A DNA stretch of 64,000 nucleotides from Acinetobacter phage vB_AbaSt_W16, in the sequence record PP174317.1; one strand, written 5' to 3'. Shown in pieces: positions 37,196-48,412 of this stretch (position 1 is the stretch's first letter; every line of letters begins with the position of its first letter). A model generated the notes under the pieces. It had not been told where the DNA came from. It did no database searches and saw only the letters and a list, made by a program, of their open reading frames with translations. Both the position numbers and the translations under genes were made by a program.

Positions 37196-37870
37196 TTAAG
37201 TTATTATTAATGAACGAGCTTTCGCTCTTCCAATAAATGGATATTTTTCAATAAGAGGCTTAATCCAGTATCGATCATGCTTTGATCTAAATTCTGTAAC
37301 AATAATACGTACTTCTTCAATTGAATCAACACCAAATTGTTTTGCTAATTTAGCATTCTCCTTCTTCCATCTATTTTCAGCATTTTGTTTTTGGATATCA
37401 GAGCGTTTAAAGTGTCCATTATTTCTTGTGTGATTAATACCTTTTGTAGGTGATCCCAATCGACCTTTTACAAATCCATCTGGAACTGGCTCGCCAGGGC
37501 GAAGCTTAATATTTTTAATACCATTATTGAAATATTTCTTTCCAGTTTCACTTGCAGAAAGTCTAACAGAATGTTCTCGTTTTAACCATCCATATAGTTT
37601 ATTTGACCTCTTTACGTACTTTGTTGAAGTTGTCATCATAATTGCAGCATAAGATAGTTTGTAACACCCTGGATACATTTTAACCAATAACTGATGTGCT
37701 ACATAATGTTCTTCTGGTGTTAGTTCTACCAGATTTGTCGGTTCATCTGTCCCACCCTGACATTTTGGAATAATATGATGAACTTCTTTATAGCCTTCGA
37801 GAGCCCGGGTTTTAGCCCGAGCAATCAATTCATTGTATATTCTATGATAATTCATCGACTTTTGCCCCAT
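37196..37870 (-). CDS. HNH homing endonuclease inserted between genes 2 and 3
   Basis: [10 protein letters not shown]....N...L...EH..H HNH motif; GKKYFNNG...[12 protein letters not shown]-terminal DNA-binding motifs. Confidence 0.8.
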   Translation of the reverse strand: MGQKSMNYHRIYNELIARAKTRALEGYKEVHHIIPKCQGGTDEPTNLVELTPEEHYVAHQLLVKMYPGCYKLSYAAIMMTTSTKYVKRSNKLYGWLKREHSVRLSASETGKKYFNNGIKNIKLRPGEPVPDGFVKGRLGSPTKGINHTRNNGHFKRSDIQKQNAENRWKKENAKLAKQFGVDSIEEVRIIVTEFRSKHDRYWIKPLIEKYPFIGRAKARSLIIT

Positions 37871-38700
37871 ACTTTGGTAGCACCAAAAGGTTTTCCTTTA
37901 GAAACAAAGCGTTGAAGTGGCATTAAAATAACATTAGCCCAATCGGTTGTTTTAATTTCAACAAATCGACCTTTTACATGTGAAGGCAAATATGCCTTAA
38001 TCATTTTATCTGCGCCATTAAAACCTTTTACTTTAGACCAGTCAATCTTTAATTTTGTACTATTGGTTAAAGTTGATGTACTTGAATACTGTTTAAGTAA
38101 ATCTTCTAAAAATTGTTGTCGAGCTTTTGGTGGAATATAATGTAAGTTTAAACCATGAAATAAAGTCGTTCCGGCTACTGATGATTTTGATGTACCTAGA
38201 AAAATAATTAAAGGATACTTATCCCAATATGGTAATGTTTCTTTATGCTTAGCATCATAAATGAAAGCATAAATTTTACCCGGTTGTGGCTTGACCACTT
38301 GGTGTCCGCGGACACCTTTACTTAATGTTTCTTTAAACCATTTTTCAGATTTATTGTTAATGGCCGCGCCGGCATCAGCAATTCTTGTTCGTAACGATTG
38401 TCTAAAGCTATTAATAATAACTGCTTCACGTTCTCTTTTAGTTAGTTTATTTGATGGTTTAGATTTAGCTTGCTCGGCTTCCCATGCTAACTCTATTTGA
38501 TTTTTATATCTAAGCATACTACGAGTAAATGTATTATAAGTAATACCTCGTTCTTCGGCAAACTTTTTAGCAGTTGAGCCTTTTGCTTTTGCTTTATACC
38601 AATCTACGCCAATATTAACCCAAGCTTGTTCTTGCCTAGTTATTTTAGGCTGAAACTTACTTTTTGCTGGTGCAGCTTCTTCTATTTGAAATATTGACAT
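37852..38700 (-). CDS. 2: DNA end-protector protein gp2
   Basis: 282 aa (T4 274), synteny. Confidence 0.7.
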   Translation of the reverse strand: MSIFQIEEAAPAKSKFQPKITRQEQAWVNIGVDWYKAKAKGSTAKKFAEERGITYNTFTRSMLRYKNQIELAWEAEQAKSKPSNKLTKREREAVIINSFRQSLRTRIADAGAAINNKSEKWFKETLSKGVRGHQVVKPQPGKIYAFIYDAKHKETLPYWDKYPLIIFLGTSKSSVAGTTLFHGLNLHYIPPKARQQFLEDLLKQYSSTSTLTNSTKLKIDWSKVKGFNGADKMIKAYLPSHVKGRFVEIKTTDWANVILMPLQRFVSKGKPFGATKVWGKSR

Positions 38701-38712
38701 ATCTAAACAACC

Positions 38713-39162
38713 TTAAATTTTCATGCCCATCTTACGTAGACCAACTTCAGTTAAAACTCTAAAGGTCACACCTCTTTTTTCAGCCAATTGCTGTGCGGCC
38801 TCCCATTTATTGCAGTTCACATTCCAAGTATAAATTTCTTTTTGAAATCTTTTCTTAGCTGCTGTTGTGAGTTGCGCAGGTGGAACAGGTTCCACTGTTT
38901 CCTTTTTTGGCTTAACTTCAACAAAAAATTCTTTTCCGCCTTCAATTTTAAACCAAAAGTCCATAAAATATCGTCTTTTACGACCATCCATTTGTGAAAA
39001 ATAAGGTATTACAACCTCTTCACTACTCCATGCAATAACTTTATCATTATTGTCTAGCCAGTCCATATAGAACTTTTCCCATGTAGATCGATATTGAATT
39101 TTATCAATTTTACCTCGATATTTATTTTTATTTTTTGGTATAAATCGGCCAGAATATGCCAT
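38713..39162 (-). CDS. 4: head completion protein gp4
   Basis: 149 aa (T4 150), synteny, late promoter upstream. Confidence 0.75.
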   Translation of the reverse strand: MAYSGRFIPKNKNKYRGKIDKIQYRSTWEKFYMDWLDNNDKVIAWSSEEVVIPYFSQMDGRKRRYFMDFWFKIEGGKEFFVEVKPKKETVEPVPPAQLTTAAKKRFQKEIYTWNVNCNKWEAAQQLAEKRGVTFRVLTEVGLRKMGMKI

Positions 39163-39179
39163 ACTTTGTACCTCATTAT

Positions 39180-39187
39180 TATAAATA
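39180..39187 (+). promoter_or_regulatory. T4-type late promoter TATAAATA for gene 53
   Basis: exact TATAAATA 34 nt upstream of ATG. Confidence 0.7.
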
Positions 39188-39199
39188 CATATATTAAAT

Positions 39200-39207
39200 T
39201 ATTTATA
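39200..39207 (-). promoter_or_regulatory. T4-type late promoter TATAAATA (minus strand) for gene 4; divergent with gene 53 promoter
   Basis: reverse complement of tatttata = TATAAATA, 38 nt upstream of gene 4 start. Confidence 0.65.
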
Positions 39208-39221
39208 AATGGGAGAACACT

Positions 39222-39815
39222 ATGATTAATTCATTTTATGACCCAGTTGCATACTCGGCCAAAACGGTTAATGTGAATGCTCCTGAACGTCTAATGACAA
39301 ATATATTTAAAACTTATACTTCATATTTTAAAAAAGTTGCAGCAAATTATAATTTGATTACATACTATATTCAAGGGGCTCCTCGCCCAGAAGCATTATC
39401 GTATGAACTTTATAATAATACCCAATTATATTGGGCTTTAACTATGGCCAATGATGTTTATGACCCATTTCACGATTGGATTAAATCTCAAGAAGCCTGT
39501 TATCAATCAGTTGCACAAATTTATGATAATCCTGAAAGTGTTATTGTTTATCATGTTGATATAAAAGGTGAGCGATATTATAATTTAATACAATATGATG
39601 ATGAACCTGGCGTTTGGTACGATAAGGGTGATAAGAATAGAAGTTATCCACAATATAAGGGTGCATTAGCTGCAGTTAATGCGTATGAAGACGCGTTATC
39701 AGAAAATGAGAAAAAACGAGAAATTAAAATTATTGCACCAACAGATATAGATAATTTTATTTCAGATTTAATTAAAGAAATGGAGCGTAATTTGCATGAG
39801 ACTACAGTCGGATGA
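39222..39815 (+). CDS. 53: baseplate wedge protein gp53
   Basis: 197 aa (T4 196), late promoter, synteny. Confidence 0.75.
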   Translation: MINSFYDPVAYSAKTVNVNAPERLMTNIFKTYTSYFKKVAANYNLITYYIQGAPRPEALSYELYNNTQLYWALTMANDVYDPFHDWIKSQEACYQSVAQIYDNPESVIVYHVDIKGERYYNLIQYDDEPGVWYDKGDKNRSYPQYKGALAAVNAYEDALSENEKKREIKIIAPTDIDNFISDLIKEMERNLHETTVG

Positions 39816-41577
39816 TATTAAATGGTGGGTTGGTGTTGTTGAAGACCGAATGGATCCATTACAACAAGGTCGAGTTAGAGTTCGTGTAGTAGGTGCTCAT
39901 CCATTTAGCCGTATTCAAGGCCCATTTTCAGGACTTCCTGTTGAAGACCTACCTTGGATGAGTGTTTTATTACCTGTCACAACACCAGCTGTCGCAGGGG
40001 TTTCTGGGGCTGTTACCGGTTTATTACCAGGTTCAGGTGTATTTGGTATTTGGCTGGATAAGTATAAAACTAATGGTCTTGTATTAGGTTCATATTCTGG
40101 TAATCAAGCCAATATTCCAAATTCCGAAGAAGGCTTTAGTGATCCGTCTGGTCAATATCCTGATTATGCCGGGCCTGATAGTTCTGCTCTTAATGCTGGT
40201 GGTGCATATGGCGATAGTGCTGGGGCAAACGCTTCTCAAAATGCAAATACATCAAAAGGTCTTTGGCCGGGAGGCGCTGATATTTCTGGGCCGGATGATG
40301 ATCCAAATTTCACTATTGAAAAAATGTTACGCGGCGATGAAGGGGTTAAAAATACTGTTTATTGGGACCACTTGGGTTACCCTACTGTAGGTATTGGCCA
40401 TTTAATTTTATATCGTAAAACTCGCGATATGAATACAATTTTAAAACAGTTATCTGCCGATTTAGGTCATTCTGTTGGTGCCACTATTTCACAAGCAGAT
40501 ATCTCAAAACTGTTTATTTCCGATTTAGGTAAGACCCAAGCTGAAATTAAAAAGAATCGTGTTACTGGGCCAGTCTATGCTAAATGCAACCGTTCTAGAC
40601 AAATGGCTTTAGAAAATATGGCATTCCAAATGGGAACAGGTGGATTGGCCAAGTTTAAAAATTCTTTAGCGCTAATGGCAGCAGAAAAATGGGATGAAGC
40701 TGCAAAACAGCTTAAAAATTCTTTATGGGCCAGACAAACTCCAGGCCGAGCCAACCGTGTTTGTATGGTAATTAAGAATGGCAATTTAGGTGCATATGGT
40801 GTTATACCTAAATCTAATACTCCTAATCCTAGTCCAAATGCAAAATTTAGTATGGGCTTTGTATCATCGGATAACAGTTTTGACCCATATGATCCAAATG
40901 ATACTGAAATCGTACCTGATTTTTCTGACTTAAAAGTTGGGGATGGTATTGAAGAAGATTTAAGTTTACCTTTTGTTCGTGAACCTTCTGCTACTCTTTT
41001 TGAAGAACCTGATAGTTCATATATGGGTTCATACCCGTATGTGCAAGCCTTAACAACAGAAGGTGGTCATTCACAAGAATTCGATAATACGCCAGGTCAA
41101 GAACGATATCGATTAAGACATCCATCTGGTTCTTATGTTGAAGTTGCGCCCGATGGTCGAAAAACAGACAAAGCAACGGGTGATTATTATTCATTAACTG
41201 AAGGGGATAGATGCGAATTAACATCAGGCGAACGTAAAGTTAACGTGGGTGGTACGGAAACATATATTAACTTTGCTGATGTAATTAAACAAGTTGAAGG
41301 GACTGTTAAAACTACAATATCTGGCGATAATGAAATAACTATTGCTGGTGGTGAAACGAAGAAAATTACTGGTGATGGTACTATTGAAGTTGGCGGAAAT
41401 GTTAAAATTATTGTGACAGGTAATGCCAATATTGAAGTAAATGGTAATACAGACCTAAAAGTTGGTGGAAGTATGACTGCCAATATTTCTGGAAATTATA
41501 CTATGAATGTTGGCGGTACCTATAACATAACTTCAGGTTCTGTTACTTGGAATACTCCTAAATTCGATTTGGTGTAA
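39796..41577 (+). CDS. 5: baseplate hub / tail lysozyme gp5
   Basis: T4-lysozyme-like domain (GIGHLI, MGxxGxxxF-like) plus C-terminal VxGxxxxxV beta-helix repeats. Confidence 0.9.
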   Translation: MRLQSDDIKWWVGVVEDRMDPLQQGRVRVRVVGAHPFSRIQGPFSGLPVEDLPWMSVLLPVTTPAVAGVSGAVTGLLPGSGVFGIWLDKYKTNGLVLGSYSGNQANIPNSEEGFSDPSGQYPDYAGPDSSALNAGGAYGDSAGANASQNANTSKGLWPGGADISGPDDDPNFTIEKMLRGDEGVKNTVYWDHLGYPTVGIGHLILYRKTRDMNTILKQLSADLGHSVGATISQADISKLFISDLGKTQAEIKKNRVTGPVYAKCNRSRQMALENMAFQMGTGGLAKFKNSLALMAAEKWDEAAKQLKNSLWARQTPGRANRVCMVIKNGNLGAYGVIPKSNTPNPSPNAKFSMGFVSSDNSFDPYDPNDTEIVPDFSDLKVGDGIEEDLSLPFVREPSATLFEEPDSSYMGSYPYVQALTTEGGHSQEFDNTPGQERYRLRHPSGSYVEVAPDGRKTDKATGDYYSLTEGDRCELTSGERKVNVGGTETYINFADVIKQVEGTVKTTISGDNEITIAGGETKKITGDGTIEVGGNVKIIVTGNANIEVNGNTDLKVGGSMTANISGNYTMNVGGTYNITSGSVTWNTPKFDLV

Positions 41578-41579
41578 TT

Positions 41580-42035
41580 ATGTCAGATATTTTACCTATC
41601 AATTCTTTATTACCTACAATTATGGAGGGTGCAAATGCATCCTTCACTTTTACACCTTCATTAGCTGCGACAGAAAAATTAATCAGTTTAAAAATTATTC
41701 AAAATGATTTTCCATCATATATTAATGTTTCTGGTCCAACATTTGCTGGCAGGTTCGTAGGTTTATTTAAATTACAACCCGGGGCTTTAAAATATCGGAA
41801 GGGTCTTATTTATGGTGAAACTGATTCATTTGATAAGCTTCCGCCAAAAGGTCAAGCTCAATTATATTCATATACTGCGCCAACTGTTATGAAGAAAGAC
41901 TTTCACCTTAAAGTTGAATTAAAATATTCAACAGAAGGCAATACAGAACTAAATATAACTAAAGACTATATTCAGCCTATACAGGGCGATTGGAATACAT
42001 TTAGAGAACAATTTATTAACTATGTGAGGTCTTGA
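41580..42035 (+). CDS. 5.1: gp5.1-like protein
   Basis: 151 aa, position. Confidence 0.6.
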   Translation: MSDILPINSLLPTIMEGANASFTFTPSLAATEKLISLKIIQNDFPSYINVSGPTFAGRFVGLFKLQPGALKYRKGLIYGETDSFDKLPPKGQAQLYSYTAPTVMKKDFHLKVELKYSTEGNTELNITKDYIQPIQGDWNTFREQFINYVRS

Positions 42036-42036
42036 A

Positions 42037-42312
42037 ATGCCAGCAGTATCTTTTAACGGTGCAATGACTACAGGGCATGGACCGTATCCACCGACTCCAA
42101 TTAGATCGACACAAACTAAGATGTTTGTAAATGGTCAAGCCGTTTTAGTAAATGGCGATCGGGCGGATCCACATGGTCATACTGGTATAGCCACTTGTAT
42201 AGCAACTACTACAAAATTATTCATTCAAGGAAAAGCAGCAGTGCGTATTGCTGATATGCTTACCGATGGTGATACTGTCGCACAAGGCAGTCCAAAATTA
42301 TTTTCAAATTAA
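42037..42312 (+). CDS. 5.4: PAAR-repeat spike tip protein gp5.4
   Basis: 91 aa with PAAR-type motifs (G..GHG..P....V.VNG). Confidence 0.8.
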   Translation: MPAVSFNGAMTTGHGPYPPTPIRSTQTKMFVNGQAVLVNGDRADPHGHTGIATCIATTTKLFIQGKAAVRIADMLTDGDTVAQGSPKLFSN

Positions 42313-42321
42313 GAGGCACAT

Positions 42322-44277
42322 ATGGCAGATAATCTACCAAAATATGCACACGGACAATTACAAAGAACAGTGAATGCTATTCCAGAGGTTTTTGTCGGTG
42401 CAACATTCCAAGAAATAAAAACTGCATTAATTAACTGGTTGTCAGGTCAAAAAGAATTTTTGGATTATGATTTTTCAGGTTCACGTATTAATATATTGCT
42501 TGATTTATTAGCATATAACACATTATACATTCAACAATTTTCTAATACTGCAATATATGAATCATTCTTAAGAACGGCAAATTTACGAAGTTCTGTTGTA
42601 CAAGCAGCCCAAGACAATTCATACCTACCAAGTGGTATGACAGCAGCATCAAATACCATTCAATTAAGAGTATCGAATTCAGTAAACCCGACTAATGTAA
42701 AAATTCCAAGAGGTACAAAATTCCTGGCTTATGCTCGTGAAACTTCGGCTGACCCGTATCCATTTGTTGTTACTGAAGATGTAGTTGCGGTTCGAGACTT
42801 AGAGAATGAATATTGGCCAATTGTTAATCTAGCTCAAGGTCGAGTAGTGCGTACAGAATTGGCATTTGATCCTACTGAACCTATTATAATTAGAGATGAA
42901 TATATTGACCGTAATCATGTTCGAGTATTTGTTGATGGTGCAGAATGGACAAACTGGACACATAATTCAATGGTGAAGGCTGGTTCAACATCAACAATTT
43001 ATTATATTCGTGAAACTGTTGATGGATTTACTGAAATTTATTTTGGTGAGGGTGAACAGTCAATCTCAACAACAAATGGTGCATTATTTGCCAACTATAT
43101 TGGTGGATTAAAACCTGTTAAAAATGCATCAATTGCAATTGAGTATATTCGTACTGATGGTGCAAAAGCTAATGGCGCACGAGATTTTACATATGCGGAT
43201 ACTTTACAATATATCACTATTAATGAAGTAATTGAAAACTTTAATAATGATCCTGATTATGTTGGTGCTGATGGCGGTGGTGATCCTGAAGATAAAGAAC
43301 GTATTCGAGAAATGGCTGCAATTAAACGCGAGGCCCAAATGCGATGTGTTACAGCTTCAGATTATGATGCATTTGTTTCTGAGCGATTTGGTTCAATAAC
43401 ACAGGCTGTACAGACATTTACAGATTCCGATAAACCAGGTTATGCTTTTATTGCAATTAAACCAAAATCTGGTTTATACTTAACAGCGGTTCAACGAGAA
43501 GATATTCAAAATTATCTAAAAGAATATAATCTTGCGCCGATTACACCGTCTGTAATTTCACCAAACTATCTATTCATTAAACATAATATTCGTGTAACTT
43601 ATGCTATTAATAAATTACAAGAATCTGAGCAATGGTTAGAATCTAAAATTATTGATCAAATCGATCGATATTATATTGAAGATGTTGAACTGTTTAATAA
43701 GTCATTTGCTAAATCAAAAATGTTAACATTTATTGATAATGCAGATCATTCTATTATTGGCTCGAGCGCATCTATTGAATTAGTACGTGAAATTCAAAAT
43801 TTCTTTGTAACTCCTGAATCTGGAATTAAATACTATAATACAGTTAAAGCCAGAAGTATTACATCTAATGAATTTCCATTTATCCCAGAAGATACCGCTG
43901 CCGATGATTACATGGTAAAATTAGTATCAACAGATTCAGATTCTAATAATACGGGTAAAATTTTAATTGGGCCATTTATTCCTGGTGATATACCAGCCCA
44001 TATTACACCTTATGCAGGTAATGATTTTAATAGATCACCTATTGGTGCACAAACTATGTATTATCAAGTGGGTGAAATTAATTACTTAACTGATTACATT
44101 TATTGGAATCTTGCTGCAATGGATGTAACTTCGGATAGATTCGAAGTACAACAGATTGAATTATCAGCAACACCTGAAACTGATAACATTTTTACAAAAG
44201 ATGGTTCATTAATTGTATTTGAAAATGACTTACGTCCACAGTATACAAATATTATTTTAGAGGCAGTAACGCAATGA
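42322..44277 (+). CDS. 6: baseplate wedge gp6
   Basis: 651 aa (T4 660), synteny. Confidence 0.85.
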   Translation: MADNLPKYAHGQLQRTVNAIPEVFVGATFQEIKTALINWLSGQKEFLDYDFSGSRINILLDLLAYNTLYIQQFSNTAIYESFLRTANLRSSVVQAAQDNSYLPSGMTAASNTIQLRVSNSVNPTNVKIPRGTKFLAYARETSADPYPFVVTEDVVAVRDLENEYWPIVNLAQGRVVRTELAFDPTEPIIIRDEYIDRNHVRVFVDGAEWTNWTHNSMVKAGSTSTIYYIRETVDGFTEIYFGEGEQSISTTNGALFANYIGGLKPVKNASIAIEYIRTDGAKANGARDFTYADTLQYITINEVIENFNNDPDYVGADGGGDPEDKERIREMAAIKREAQMRCVTASDYDAFVSERFGSITQAVQTFTDSDKPGYAFIAIKPKSGLYLTAVQREDIQNYLKEYNLAPITPSVISPNYLFIKHNIRVTYAINKLQESEQWLESKIIDQIDRYYIEDVELFNKSFAKSKMLTFIDNADHSIIGSSASIELVREIQNFFVTPESGIKYYNTVKARSITSNEFPFIPEDTAADDYMVKLVSTDSDSNNTGKILIGPFIPGDIPAHITPYAGNDFNRSPIGAQTMYYQVGEINYLTDYIYWNLAAMDVTSDRFEVQQIELSATPETDNIFTKDGSLIVFENDLRPQYTNIILEAVTQ

Positions 44278-47200
44278 CAGTAAAAGCACCTACAGTAACA
44301 AGTTTAACAGTTAGTAAACTATCTGCAAATAGTTTACAACTTACTTGGGACGATGTGGGTGAGAACTTTTATTATTTGGTAGAAATGACTAAAACAAGAG
44401 ACCTTGGTGAAGCCACCTGGGTCTCATTAGGATATACTGCAGATAATTTATGGTTTTCATCCGATTTAGAAGCATCAACATTTTATAAATTTAGAGTTGC
44501 GGTAACATCAGCCGGATTTGAACAGTCTGATTGGATTGAAACCGAAGAATTTGAAACATTTGATCAAAATGCATATTCATTTGAATTAATGAATGAATTA
44601 ACTTTAAATAAAAAATTCATCGATGAAAAATTTATTAAAGGTAATAATGATTATGTAAATTTTAGTACCGATGTTGTTTGGGCTGCCCTAACAAATGAAT
44701 CATTTGTATATTCTGATGCATATTCTCATATTTCTCAAATTTCAAACTTTATTATTAAAGAAAATGAATACCATGAAATTCAAGGCGATATCACACCAAT
44801 TTGTCGTGATATAGATCGCATGTATCTAATGGAAGATGAAGGTATTTTGTACTTATTTGAACGTTGGCAAGCTCTTGTTAAGGTTTCAAATGATAGAGGA
44901 CAAACTTGGAAAGCGGTTCAATTAATGAATGACCGGGTCGGCTGGCCATTATCAAAAACTGTATTTTATCAAACATCAACAACAAATTATGTATTGGGCT
45001 GGGACAAAGTGTTCTACGGTAGAAAATCAACTGATGTACGTTGGTCTTCTGATGAAGTTAGAATGTCTTCTGATGATATCACTTTTGCAAAAATTGGTGA
45101 TACATTACAATTAGGTTTTGATGTTAATATTTTTGGCACATATGCGTCATTACCGGGCGATGTGGCCAAAATTGCAGAAGCTATTACATGTAATGATGAT
45201 TACATTTATGTCGTTGCTCGAGATAAAGTTCGTTTTGCAAAAGCAAAAAATGCACCGATTGATACTGACGAACAGTCTCCAACATATAAAGAAAAGTTGT
45301 TTGAAAAAGAATCACATTCAATCACTGGAAATCCAAAAGTTGTAACTTGGAAAATGGATTGTGTTGATGGTAAAATTTTTGCTCTTGTTGTTGGTGAAAT
45401 GGCACAAGAAAAACAGGACCCTCGCAAATTCCCAATTCTAGATTCAAAAGATAAAGGCGTTTATATTTTAGAAGACCATGATACTGGTAAATGGACTCGT
45501 ATTTTTGGTAACACAGAAGAAGAACGTCGCCGTATTGAAGTTGGTTATACCAACATGAGTTGTGATGACCGAGAACTTTTTATATCATCAAGCAATTGGC
45601 ATGCCCTACCTGAAGATATTGTTCCTGATACCGAATTGCCTGAAAAATATCCAAATGAAGTTGTAACTGCAGTTAAACAGTTATATCCAGATCAGTGGAT
45701 TCATGATAAACATTATTTGATGATGTCATTTAGGGCTAATGGTCATGACGGGTGGGATAAATGGGCCCCGGGGCGTATGCGTTATTATGCAGAACCGTTC
45801 TTCTCAAAATGTACCAATTCTGGCACAAGATGTTGGGTTAATAATTCAAATAAAGTTGTTATGGTGTATTCTGATGTAGAACATTCATACGCAATTGACC
45901 CATATACACAATCATCGCCAAACCGATTTATGAAAGAAGTTTGGGACAAAGGCGATTGTACTGTAATTAGCCCGAATATTGAGTTTAAAAACTTTACACA
46001 ATATGCAAATGGTATTGTTTTTTATAGATACTCTGGTGAATTAATTGGGTATTATGAATTTAATTATCGTGTAAAAGATAATGTTAGAATCGTATGGAAA
46101 CCTTCTAATATATTCTTAAAGGCCTTTTTACGTCAACAAACTAGAGAAGAGCCTTGGGCGCCTGATGATAATAATGGATATAATAATCCAGATTTACGTC
46201 CGTTTTTGACAAAGATGATTCCCGATAGCTATTTGTTAGAAGATAGTAATTTTGAAAAATTCTGTCAATATTATCTTCAGTATCTTTCGGATGGCTATGG
46301 TACCCCATATAATAATCTGGTTAATCTTATTAGAGACAAATACCCAAAAGAAAAACATTCTTGGGAGTATATGTGGAGCGAAATTTATAAACGCAATATT
46401 TACTTAAGTAAAGAAAAACGTGATCTTGTTGCAAGATTCTTTGAAACTCGTAAAAATGATTTTTATTCAACTAAAGGTATAGAAGCTTCATATAAATTTT
46501 TATTTAAAGTTTTATACAATGAAGATGTTGAGATTGATATTGAATCTGCAAACGGACTAGAATATGATATTATTGTAGAATCTGATAATATCACAGAAGA
46601 CTTGGCTGGACGCACTGTTTATACTGCAACAGGTCGGTCTAATGTTACTTATATTGAGCGTCATTATAATAAAGGCAAATTACAGTGGAAATTAACTATC
46701 CATAATTTAATGGGTAGATTTATTAATGGCCAAGAAATCTTATCAGAACGCACCAATTTTAAAGGTATGATTGTACAAGGTGTTCGTGGTAAAGATATGT
46801 CATCTAATACAATTGACTATATTAATCGAGGTCGAGCGTATTATGTAATGAAGATTAAATCTGCATTACCTTCATCCCGATATAGAGATGATGTTTTACG
46901 TTTCGTGCATCCAGTTGGATTTGGTTTTATTGGTATTACTTTAATTACAATGTTTATTAATGCCGGATTAAGCATGAAACATGTTGAAACTGTCATAAAT
47001 ACATTGAAGAATTATAGATGGGATTCTGGACTACCTTCATATTGGCCAGATCGGGTTGCTAAATTTGGCCCAGATGGCAAAATTGATCATGACGCTGTAA
47101 CAGGTGAACCTTTATATAACCCACATCCAAATGCGGGCCAAAAATTTCCATTGCGTCCAACATATATGGCAGATAATCCGGGTTTATATTATGGTGTAAA

Positions 47201-47354
47201 TGCCGATGACCGTCGTGTGCCAATGAGTCCATTATTTGATCAGTCTGCTGTAACTTTTGCGCGATATCGCGATCTTGTTAATAAACGACTAAAAGACGAT
47301 ATTGGTAATCCTCGTGATCCTAAAGAACCAACACAGGTAAAAGTTAATGAATGA
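44274..47354 (+). CDS. 7: baseplate wedge gp7
   Basis: 1026 aa (T4 1032), synteny. Confidence 0.85.
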   Translation: MTVKAPTVTSLTVSKLSANSLQLTWDDVGENFYYLVEMTKTRDLGEATWVSLGYTADNLWFSSDLEASTFYKFRVAVTSAGFEQSDWIETEEFETFDQNAYSFELMNELTLNKKFIDEKFIKGNNDYVNFSTDVVWAALTNESFVYSDAYSHISQISNFIIKENEYHEIQGDITPICRDIDRMYLMEDEGILYLFERWQALVKVSNDRGQTWKAVQLMNDRVGWPLSKTVFYQTSTTNYVLGWDKVFYGRKSTDVRWSSDEVRMSSDDITFAKIGDTLQLGFDVNIFGTYASLPGDVAKIAEAITCNDDYIYVVARDKVRFAKAKNAPIDTDEQSPTYKEKLFEKESHSITGNPKVVTWKMDCVDGKIFALVVGEMAQEKQDPRKFPILDSKDKGVYILEDHDTGKWTRIFGNTEEERRRIEVGYTNMSCDDRELFISSSNWHALPEDIVPDTELPEKYPNEVVTAVKQLYPDQWIHDKHYLMMSFRANGHDGWDKWAPGRMRYYAEPFFSKCTNSGTRCWVNNSNKVVMVYSDVEHSYAIDPYTQSSPNRFMKEVWDKGDCTVISPNIEFKNFTQYANGIVFYRYSGELIGYYEFNYRVKDNVRIVWKPSNIFLKAFLRQQTREEPWAPDDNNGYNNPDLRPFLTKMIPDSYLLEDSNFEKFCQYYLQYLSDGYGTPYNNLVNLIRDKYPKEKHSWEYMWSEIYKRNIYLSKEKRDLVARFFETRKNDFYSTKGIEASYKFLFKVLYNEDVEIDIESANGLEYDIIVESDNITEDLAGRTVYTATGRSNVTYIERHYNKGKLQWKLTIHNLMGRFINGQEILSERTNFKGMIVQGVRGKDMSSNTIDYINRGRAYYVMKIKSALPSSRYRDDVLRFVHPVGFGFIGITLITMFINAGLSMKHVETVINTLKNYRWDSGLPSYWPDRVAKFGPDGKIDHDAVTGEPLYNPHPNAGQKFPLRPTYMADNPGLYYGVNADDRRVPMSPLFDQSAVTFARYRDLVNKRLKDDIGNPRDPKEPTQVKVNE

Positions 47355-48351
47355 TAGTTCAATGATTTATCGAGCGATAATCACATCAAAGTTTCGCACA
47401 GAAAAAATGCTCAACTTTTATAATTTGATCGGCGACAATGCCGATCAAAATACAATTTATTTGACATTTGGCCGAGATACGGCTTGGTCTGAAATGGAAA
47501 ATGAACCTGGTTTTGCCCCTCCATATCCAGTTGATAGCCCACAAGGTGTTCAAGATGTTTGGACTAATATGTTAGGCGCGGTTAAAATTAAACAGTCTTA
47601 TCTTGATGCCGTAATCCCAAGAAAAGACTGGGGTGATTCACGTTACCCGAATCCTCGCACATTCCATGTTGGTGATATTGTTGTAACTAATACTATGCCA
47701 AATAATAGAGCACCTGGTGCCGAAGGTTGGCTAGTATATAAAGTAGTCGATGTTCCTTCAACAGGTACATGTTCGATCTCGACTATTACCAATAAGCCTG
47801 AATGTAATAAACTAGGAGGTAAGTGGACGCCTTCGATTGAATCATTTAATATACCTTCTGGGCGGGGCGATACGGAAGGCCTAGTTGATACTGGGGATGG
47901 ATATCTTTGGGAATATCTTTATGAGATTCCACCTGATGTGTCTATTAATAGATGTACAAATGAATATATTGTTGTGCCCTGGCCTGATGAAATAAAAGCC
48001 GACCCTGTTAGATGGGGGTATCAGCATAATTTATCTTGGCAACAAAATGATTACGGATTAGTCTTTAAAATGAAGACTGTAATTATGCGATTTAAAGCAT
48101 ACTTAGATTCTGTATATTTTCCAGAAGCATCTATTTTGGGTAACAAAGGGTTTAGACAAATTTCTATGATTATGAATCCCCTTGAAGCCAAGCCAAAACC
48201 TACGGCGCCTAATGTCAAGGCAATAAAAGATCATTATTCACAAAGCGGTTTAGACCGACATTCAGGTGAAATGATTTATATAGAAAATAGACAACCTATT
48301 ATTCGGTCCATGGACCAAACAGAGGAAGTCGCAATATTTTTCGAGTTTTAA
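47347..48351 (+). CDS. 8: baseplate wedge gp8
   Basis: 334 aa = T4 gp8 length. Confidence 0.85.
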   Translation: MNDSSMIYRAIITSKFRTEKMLNFYNLIGDNADQNTIYLTFGRDTAWSEMENEPGFAPPYPVDSPQGVQDVWTNMLGAVKIKQSYLDAVIPRKDWGDSRYPNPRTFHVGDIVVTNTMPNNRAPGAEGWLVYKVVDVPSTGTCSISTITNKPECNKLGGKWTPSIESFNIPSGRGDTEGLVDTGDGYLWEYLYEIPPDVSINRCTNEYIVVPWPDEIKADPVRWGYQHNLSWQQNDYGLVFKMKTVIMRFKAYLDSVYFPEASILGNKGFRQISMIMNPLEAKPKPTAPNVKAIKDHYSQSGLDRHSGEMIYIENRQPIIRSMDQTEEVAIFFEF

Positions 48352-48354
48352 TTA

Positions 48355-48380
48355 AGGGGCCTTTGTGCCCCTTAAATTTT
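48355..48380 (+). terminator. terminator-like hairpin after gene 8
   Basis: GGGGC-ctttgt-GCCCC then TTAAATTTT. Confidence 0.5.
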
Positions 48381-48381
48381 A

Positions 48382-48389
48382 TATAAATA
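48382..48389 (+). promoter_or_regulatory. late promoter TATAAATA for gene 9
   Basis: exact match 24 nt upstream of gp9 ATG, just after terminator hairpin. Confidence 0.7.
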
Positions 48390-48412
48390 CTAAAAATATA
48401 AGGGGACGTAAT

